A stretch of 63,930 bases of DNA, the filler included, from Octopus bimaculoides (taxonomy: Eukaryota), in assembly GCF_001194135.2 (NCBI RefSeq). It is 3 parts of 3 records of this genome, joined end to end, with 100 filler letters (N's around TTAATTAATTAA, not from the genome) between each part and the next. Parts side by side here need not be neighbours in the genome. Positions count along the whole stretch, not along the records: positions 44,100 to 63,930 come from NC_068995.1; 2 more parts are not named here. The stretch is one strand, 5' to 3'. Below the pieces are notes generated by a model that did no database searches, was not told the origin of the DNA, and saw nothing but the letters and a program-made list of their open reading frames with translations. The translations under genes were made by a program, and so were the position numbers. Positions 55,939 to 63,930 of this stretch are shown in pieces. The stretch's first letter is position 1; every line of letters starts with the position of its first letter.

Positions 55939-55944
55939 AATAAA
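55939..55944 (+). promoter_or_regulatory. Possible polyadenylation signal of the + strand gene
   Basis: AATAAA about 315 nt after the predicted stop. Confidence 0.3.
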
Positions 55945-56079
55945 ATAAGTGCTATTCATATGGACATTTAGTATTCGAATCAATATGATTAATTATATAA
56001 TCCTTCTTGAGAAAATATCTGACTTTAAACCCTCTGCTAGAAACCAAGTGCTTTATATTCATTTGCAACGTCACGTCAC

Positions 56080-56218
56080 CGAAAACTGGGTTTGTGGGTT
56101 CGGTGTGCCACATTCCGTTAAAAGAAAGGCTTCTTTCTCGAAGCTTTCCTTTAACGAGGCCAGGACATCGTGTATAACACGTTTCCGCCACCACCATCGC
56201 CAGTATGCAAAGGAAACA
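56080..56218 (-). CDS. Weak minus-strand exon candidate VSFAYWRWWWRKRVIHDVLASLKESFEKEAFLLTECGTPNPQTQFS
   Basis: Acceptor cctttcactcgcag|, donor TCG|gtgacg; raised GC and an open frame, but other frames are open too. Confidence 0.25.
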
Positions 56219-57224
56219 CTGCGAGTGAAAGGTGTCAACCGTCACGGTATACCCAACCGAGCCACAGTGTGAATGTATCACAATTGATATTTTCTCCTAT
56301 CGGCACAAGGCCAGCAAGTTTGAGGGAGGCAGTAAGTCGATTACATCGAACCCAATGCTCAACTCATATCTATTTTATCGACTCCGAAAGGATTTAAAGG
56401 TAGAGTCGACCTCGGTGGAATTTGAACTCAGATTGTAAAGATTATCGCCAAAGTATTTTGCCCGGAGTGCTAAAGGTTATCAGTCTAAAGAGGAAGTCAA
56501 TAATAAGATTAAATGGCCAAAAAGCCTTTATCGACGGTTATTAACAGATTAATGAAGTGAAGCTGTTTCTACTGGGAATTGAAATTGACTTAGCACTCTT
56601 TGTACATATAAATAAATAAAGAAACAAATATACAAAGGTGTGTAATTGATAAGAAGCTCGGTGTACCATAACTCAAGGATTTGTTGTGTCCGACGATGTT
56701 TGAATGTTTCGTTTTAAAGTATGTCGGCGAAATGAAAATATAAAATTTACACTTGTTTATTTCGCCGCTGTATTTTCCAGCACCGCCGTCTCGACACTTT
56801 AAATATATCGCTAAATTTACTGATGTATCCCGATATTTTCCGATCTCATATTGCTTTATTTCATTTTTCCTTTTTTCTGTTTTTTGCACTTTTTTACAGA
56901 TTAAAATTAAACTTAATTGCTTAATTTGATCTGCGCATGCTTACTCTTTCTCCCCCCCCCCTACTCTTTCTCATATGCATAGACACGAGCGAGCCAAGTT
57001 ACGTTTTTATTCAACGGTTTAAATAAATGTTACACTATTTATAGTATGTCGTGTGTCGTTTCGCTTATAGTGAAATAAAAGTGTGTCGATTTCTTAAAAA
57101 GATTAGACAAAAACACTGGTTTATCAAGATTAATCATTAAAAAAAGAGCGAAAATAAAGAGAAAAAACGACAGCCATCTGCTTAGGTTTTTAACCAACCG
57201 ACAACTTTTCATATTGAGCAAGCC

Positions 57225-57960
57225 AACGTAAGAGAGACACTATGTGGTCGGGCGATTGAACAACTAGAAATAGCAACCAAATTTTCTTCAAATGACACCC
57301 CACCGTCTTCGAAAAAGAACATGTTGATAAATGTGATCCTGAGTTTCTTGCACAGTGGAATAAAAAAAAAACAGGATGGTCACAGCTGGATTGCTTTTGA
57401 TCTTAGGTTAATCAGGATTAAACACAGGAGGGGGCTAACCCGGCGGGGGGGGGGCTGCACAGCAACATTTTAAATTTACAAAGTAGCTAAATCGCCCTCA
57501 AAAGCACTCGCTAACATTTTTAAAAATGAAATCAATCGCCTTCACTGATCTGGGGTTTTTAATACGGTAAGAAAGATAGGATGGTCACGGTTGGAAAGCC
57601 CCTTTGGTAACAGGTTTGCTTAACATAGAGGGGAATAAATATGAGAAGGCTTTGTCGTTAATTCAACGACACGCAACTCTAATAAATACGCTAAAAAGAA
57701 CAACGAAATCTGCTTCGAACCAAAACCTACGTTCATTAAAAGAGAGGAAGAAAGGACGCTTGTGGTGATATAGTCTTAAGAACTACATTATCAGAATAAT
57801 AGATGGAACGGTCACGGTTGCAACGCTTTTGACCATAAGCCTGCATAAACAGATGACCTGGTGTTTTATAATAACAATTACTGATAAATAAATTTGTTGA
57901 AAAGAAAGCTTCTTAGTGGTAGTTCATTATTCCAGAAAGAGCAGCCAAGTCTCCCATAAA
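57225..57960 (+). repeat. Tandem units (~220-240 bp) of unclassified repeat family E (also ~9870-10330 +, ~8480-8620 -, ~16870-16980 -, ~29310-29600 -, ~51320-51550 -, ~54220-54300 -)
   Basis: Shared motifs tagaaatagcagccaaatc, gatggtcacggctgga and an (AAC)n end; no Pol III boxes seen. Confidence 0.65.
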
Positions 57961-58789
57961 ATCACTTGCAAGTGCGTGGTTTCGGGTTCAGCCCCACTGC
58001 GTGGCACCTTGGGGTAGCTAGTGCTTTTTTACTATAGCCCCGGGCCGACCTGTACATTGTCAGTAAGTTTGGTTGATGGAAACTGTGTAATGCGTGTGTG
58101 TGACCTACCACTACTTGACAACCGGTGTTGATGTGTTTACGTCCCCATAACTTAGCAGTTAGGTAAAAGACACCGATAGAATAAAATAACAAACTTAAAA
58201 ATGCGTACCGGGGTTGATTTGTTCGACTAAACCCTTCAAGGCTGTACTCCAGCATGGCCAGAGTTCAGTGAGTGAAACAAGTAAAAGATATGAAAGGTAA
58301 AAGTAAGATAAACAGGCTGAAAAGAACGCTACTAAGTGGTGACTCAATATGCTAGAAATAGCAGTCAAATCTCTCACGAAAATCAATTCATTTACCTACC
58401 GTTAAAAAAAAGCATTAAAAAAAGGGAAAAAACATATTTCTGAGTTTCGTGTATTTGCGTATTGTCTTTGACAGGATTCGAACTCATAATGTAGAGAGCC
58501 ATGACTATGTACCGTACGATATTTTGTGAGACATTTTAAATAACTGCTTCTAGTATAGAAACAGAGATGAAATTTGCGGGAGAGAAGTCAACGGCAGTAC
58601 TTCACTGGTATTTTATTTAATCGAGTCCGTCCGCCCCTGAAAAATGGAAGGCAAAGTTACCCTCGACGGGATTTCAAATCACAACCAGGACCCTGAGTAA
58701 ATACCACAAGTTATTTTGTCCGCCACTTAAGTATGGCGTCTGTGTGTGTGTGTGTGTGTCTGCAGATATACATATATATGTGTGCAGAT

Positions 58790-58869
58790 AGATAGATAGA
58801 TAGATAGATAGATAGCTAGACAGAGAGACAGATTGATAGATAGATAGATAGATAGCTAGACAGAGAGAC

Positions 58870-58920
<51 letters not shown>

Positions 58921-58921
58921 C

Positions 58922-58954
<33 letters not shown>

Positions 58955-58955
58955 T
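58790..58955. repeat. (GATA)n/(GACA)n tetranucleotide tract (others at 44830-45210, 48740-48805, 53140-53195, 54380-54440)
   Basis: Direct reading. Confidence 0.9.
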
Positions 58956-59765
58956 TGTAGTCGGCAGAACATTTTACAGGGAAAAAATACAAACATAGAG
59001 TTGATCACGGATGGTTCCTCGTTAAAGGCCGATTAAAAAAGCAAAAACAAAAATTATGTGCCANNNNNNNNNNNNNNNNNNNNNNNNNNNNNNNNNNNNN
59101 NNNNNNNNNNNNNNNNNNNNNNNNNNNNNNNNNNNNNNNNNNNNNNNNNNNNNNNNNNNNNNNNNNNNNNNNNNNNNNNNNNNNNNNNNNNNNNNNNNNN
59201 NNNNNNNNNNNNNNNNNNNNNNNNNNNNNNNNNNNNNNNNNNNNNNNNNNNNNNNNNNNNNNNNNNNNNNNNNNNNNNNNNNNNNNNNNNNNNNNNNNNN
59301 NNNNNNNNNNNNNNNNNNNNNNNNNNNNNNNNNNNNNNNNNNNNNNNNNNNNNNNNNNNNNNNNNNNNNNNNNNNNNNNNNNNNNNNNNNNNNNNNNNNN
59401 NNNNNNNNNNNNNNNNNNNNNNNNNNNNNNNNNNNNNNNNNNNNNNNNNNNNNNNNNNNNNNNNNNNNNNNNNNNNNNNNNNNNNNNNNNNNNNNNNNNN
59501 NNNNNNNNNNNNNNNNNNNNNNNNNNNNATAAGAATCGTTAGCACGTCTAGCGGCATTTCTTCAAGTTCTGAGTTCAAATTCCGCCGAGATCAACTTCAC
59601 CTTTTATATCTTTGGTGGGGGGGGGTGTCAAGAAAATAAGTACCAGTTGAACACTAGGGTCGCTGTAATCGACTCACCCAGCCGCCGAAATTGCTGGCCC
59701 TGTGCCAAAATTTGAGATCAATATGATTACACATACAAATTACACATACATGTATGGAATAGGAG

Positions 59766-59817
<52 letters not shown>

Positions 59818-60187
59818 TGTGTGTACACAGACACACAGCGAACACATACAGCAACATACACACACAGGTACTCACAGACACGAACGAACGTAAGGAAAGA
59901 GTACCCGGTACATAACGTAAATTTAAAGTAGTGTACAAACACACAGGATCCTATGATATTTATGTAATTACTGACAGCAAACCACAACATAGAAAAGTCA
60001 GAATGGGGCCCTAGACCCGTGAGGACCCTAGGCAACTGACATAATAAAACAAAGCTGGACTATTGAAATATTACAATCCATCGACGGGCTTCTATACAGT
60101 TTCCGACTTTCATACATAAGGCTGAAGTGCAATGAAGACAAGCTGGGAGATCGAACCCGGAACTCCTGAACCACTCAGTCATGCCTG

Positions 60188-60272
<85 letters not shown>

Positions 60273-60414
60273 GTATATATACATACATATATATGCGGAG
60301 AGGGACGTATATGCCTGTATATTTTTCCAAATATACATAATTAAATATGTATACACGTACATACATATATATGTGTATGTGCAAATGTGTGTGTATGTGT
60401 GTGTGTGTGTGTAT

Positions 60415-60962
60415 GTCTGTGGCTGTGTGGTAAGTAACTTGCTTACCAGCCACATGGTTCCGGGTTCAGTCCTACTGCGCGGCACCTTGGGCAAGTGTCT
60501 TCTACTATAGCCTCGGACCGACCAAAGCCTTGTGAGTGGATTTGGTAGACGGAAACTGCAAAAAGACCGTCGTGTATATATATAAATGTATATATATATA
60601 TATATATATNNNNNNNNNNNNNNNNNNNNNNNNNNNNNNNNNNNNNNNNNNNNNNNNNNNNNNNNNNNNNNNNNNNNNNNNNNNNNNNNNNNNNNNNNNN
60701 NNNNNNNNNNNNNNNNNNNNNNNNNNNNNNNNNNNNNNNNNNNNNNNNNNNNNNNNNNTATATTTGTGTGTGTCTGTGTTTGTCCCCCCCCCCCACCATC
60801 GCTTGACAACCGATGCTTGTGTGTTTACGTCCCCGTAAAAAGAGAGACCGATAGAATAAGTACAAGGCTTACAAAGAATAAGTCCTGGGGTCGATTTGCT
60901 CGACTAAAGGCGGAGCTCCAGCATGGCCACAATCAAATGACTGAAACAAATAAAAGAATAAA
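60415..60962 (+). mobile_element. SINE family A with an N gap inside its internal microsatellite
   Basis: 5' and 3' halves flank (TA)n plus the gap at 60610-60758. Confidence 0.85.
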
Positions 60963-61520
60963 AAATATATACACTTACGTACTACATATCTAAATAATAA
61001 GGTTTTTTTCCCCTCGAGCCCATGGACCCGTAAAACCTGTTATCCAGTTTCCATGGCGTGTAAATGATAAAAATTACAACTTTTTCCGCACGAACGGCAA
61101 AGCCAGCAATTTTGAGTCGAGTGAGCAAGTCGATGTTATCGATCCCTGTACTTGACTGGCGCTGTATTTTATCGGCGGGATTCGATCTGAGCTGGAAGAA
61201 ATTCTGCTAATCATTTGGTCCAACATGCTAGCGATGCTACCAGCTCGCCGCCATTAAATGCATTAAATGTACAAGCATACACATATAATCCCTTCTAGTA
61301 TAGGCACAAGGATTAAAATTTGGGGGAGGGAGATAGTCGATTACATCGACCCCAGTGGGTAACTGGTTGTTAGTTTATAGACTCCGAAAGGATGAAAGGC
61401 AAAGTAGTCGACCTGGGCGGAAATTGAACTCAGAACATAAAGACAGACGAAATACCGCTAAGCATTTCGTCCAGCGTGCTAACGATTCTGCCATCTCGCC
61501 GCCTAGCATAGACAGATAAG

Positions 61521-61568
<48 letters not shown>

Positions 61569-61989
61569 ACATGTATATATAAATGTATGTGTGGTGGCAT
61601 ACATATTGTGTATGTATGTATATATCCATATATATGAGTATGTATGTGTGTGTGTACATATATATAAATATATAATAATATTAGGGACAAAATCTTGGTT
61701 ATTTTCCCTAAGACTATATATATATATATATATATGTGTGTGTTTGTGTGTGTGTGTGTGTGTGCGTATGTATATTTATATCTATATATATATATATATA
61801 TATGCATACATATCAGTGGTGTAGGTACCTATTGCCAAGTTTGGAAAATATCCCCCCCATCTCGAGCACATTTTCCAAACCTGGCACTTTTAATCAATGT
61901 ATAAGTGTATAATCCATGAGTTAAATATTGCTTGATATGTATCACGGCACCTTTTCTTCATCTGCATCTGCTCGCTCTCCCTAACTTTA

Positions 61990-62190
61990 GAACCTAGCTT
62001 CACCCCCCGTTGACTGAACACTATTCAATTTTTTTTCTCCGTGTTTTTCTCCTTGTCTCCGTATTCTTTCTGTTGAAGAGCGTAGCTCGAAACGTCAAAG
62101 ACTTTCCGTATTCCCGAGCGTCATACTAATATATCCTTTTGTTATTTACACCACCTGTCCTCGTCTGTTGTTATTATTTGTATATTCTCC
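61990..62190 (+). mobile_element. Penelope-tail-like non-autonomous repeat carrying the hammerhead motif (other copies ~11580-11745 minus, ~13235-13375 plus)
   Basis: Three mutually similar copies in the window; CTGNNGAAG...CGAAACGT is the typical Penelope terminal signature. Confidence 0.5.
62065..62101 (+). ncRNA. Minimal type I hammerhead-ribozyme-like motif with variant core CUGUUGA
   Basis: UCUUU-CUGUUGA-A-GAGC(GUA)GCUC-GAAA-CG-UC-AAAGA: perfect 5-bp stem I, 4-bp stem II, palindromic ACGU helix III, GUC triplet. Confidence 0.65.
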
Positions 62191-63154
62191 CATATATATA
62201 TATATATAGATAGATAGATAGATATATGGCAAACCCTTTTGCACGCCAGCTTTACGTTCTGAGTGTTCAAACTTCGCCGAGGTCGACTTTGCCATTCATC
62301 CTTTCGGGGTCGATAAATTATGTACCAGTCAAGTACTGGAGTCCATGTAATCGACTTATCCCTCCCTTAAAATTTCACTCCTTATTCCTATAATAGAAAC
62401 AATCATATTATATGATATTATATTATATTATATTATATTATATTGATAATGGTATGATATGTTGCCTTCATACAGTGGTAGTTAAGCACCGCACTAAATT
62501 CATTCTGAGACTCCAGATTCCTTTCTTTGTATTCTAGACGCAGACGTTAACAGCTGTACCGCTCAGCTTTTCCACTTACCAGTCATATACTGCGGTTAAA
62601 ATTATGCCCGCTCATATAATAGAGGAGTCAATGTTATTTGCAGAAATATCTTAGTTATCGTATAATATATATATATATATNNNNNNNNNNNNNNNNNNNN
62701 NNNNNNNNNNNNNNNNNNNNNNNNNNNNNNNNNNNNNNNNNNNNNNNNNNNNNNNNNNNNNNNNNNNNNNNNNNNNNNNNNNNNNNNNNNNNNNNNNNNN
62801 NNNNNNNNNNNNNNNNNNNNNNNNNNNNNNNNNNNNNNNNNNNNNNNNNNNNNNNNNNNNNNNNNNNNNNNNNNNNNNNNNNNNNNNNNNNNNNNNNNNN
62901 NNNNNNNNNNNNNNNNNNNNNNNNNNNNNNNNNNNNNNNNNNNNNNNNNNNNNNNNNNNNNNNNNNNNNNNNNNNNNNNNNNNNNNNNNNNNNNNNNNNN
63001 NNNNNNNNNNNNNNNNNNNNNNNNNGAATACAATTGCAGAAGAAAAAGGCGTAATAACATTATTTAGAAGGGCGCACTTCTTTTCTTGAGGGGGCACTTT
63101 CCCCCTCAGCACCTCCACCCCTGGGTCCTCCCTCGTATATATATATATATAATA

Positions 63155-63187
<33 letters not shown>

Positions 63188-63653
63188 GGACGTATTTTTT
63201 TCAGTTGCTGTCAACCAAATCCACACACACTGCTTTGTAGCTATAGTAGAAGATATTTGCCCAAGGTGTCATGCAATGGGATCGAACCTGGAACCATGTA
63301 GTTGAGAAGCAAACATCTTACCACATAGCCACGTTTGCGCCTGTATATTGTCTCTAAGTATGGTTACTAGGATATAAAATAACTTTATCGAATTGGCAGA
63401 ATCATTAAGAGCGTTAGACAAAATACTTTACGTTCTGAGTTCAAACCCAGCTAGATGTAGAATTTGCTTTGTATCCTTCGGCGGTCAGTGAAAATGTAAT
63501 ACCATTGAAATGTTTGAATCGATAATACCCTTTATCCAAATCTGAGGTGATCGGCTTCTTTTAGAAATCCTCATTAGTATTATATGAACTAGATTAGCGA
63601 AATCGACGGAACATCAGAATAAATAATATTGAAAGCGAATGCTTACGTATAGA

Positions 63654-63687
<34 letters not shown>

Positions 63688-63930
63688 CGCTCCGTACCCG
63701 GAGTTCAAATCTTATCGCGCTAGAGCCTTACCGTTCATACCATAAGTTAAATCGATTATACACCTCTAAGTTATATGTAGATGTGCAAAACTGAGAAAAT
63801 GTTATTTATATATATATATATTATTATTCATTTATCGGAAAACATAAATTTTAGAAAAATAACAATTATTTCTAAATGGTCCTTTCTGTTTTAGGCACAA
63901 GGCCTGAAATTGTGATGTCGGGGGCGGGGT

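Overview
AT-rich, gappy eukaryotic (animal) genomic DNA. The repeat content (tRNA-headed CORE and Meta-like SINEs, dense CA/TA/GATA microsatellites) resembles Octopus from recall; this was not verified by search. Most ORFs in the supplied track are microsatellite or N-gap artefacts. Supported content: (1) a chain of six short + strand exons at 42452-55624 that splices in frame to an 89-aa C-terminal peptide, provided a 4-nt microexon at 44564-44567 is used, plus a candidate upstream exon at 29653-29832; (2) several minus-strand exon candidates; (3) at least five SINE-like families, mariner/hAT/piggyBac-type MITEs, decayed RTE-like LINE and piggyBac-like relics, and a decayed ~43-bp minisatellite; (4) most notably, several minimal type I hammerhead-ribozyme-like motifs in Penelope-tail-like repeats, including a family with a recurrent non-canonical core (CUGUUGA) and one hammerhead half joined to a tRNA-like Pol III head. 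All alignments, folds and translations were done by eye.
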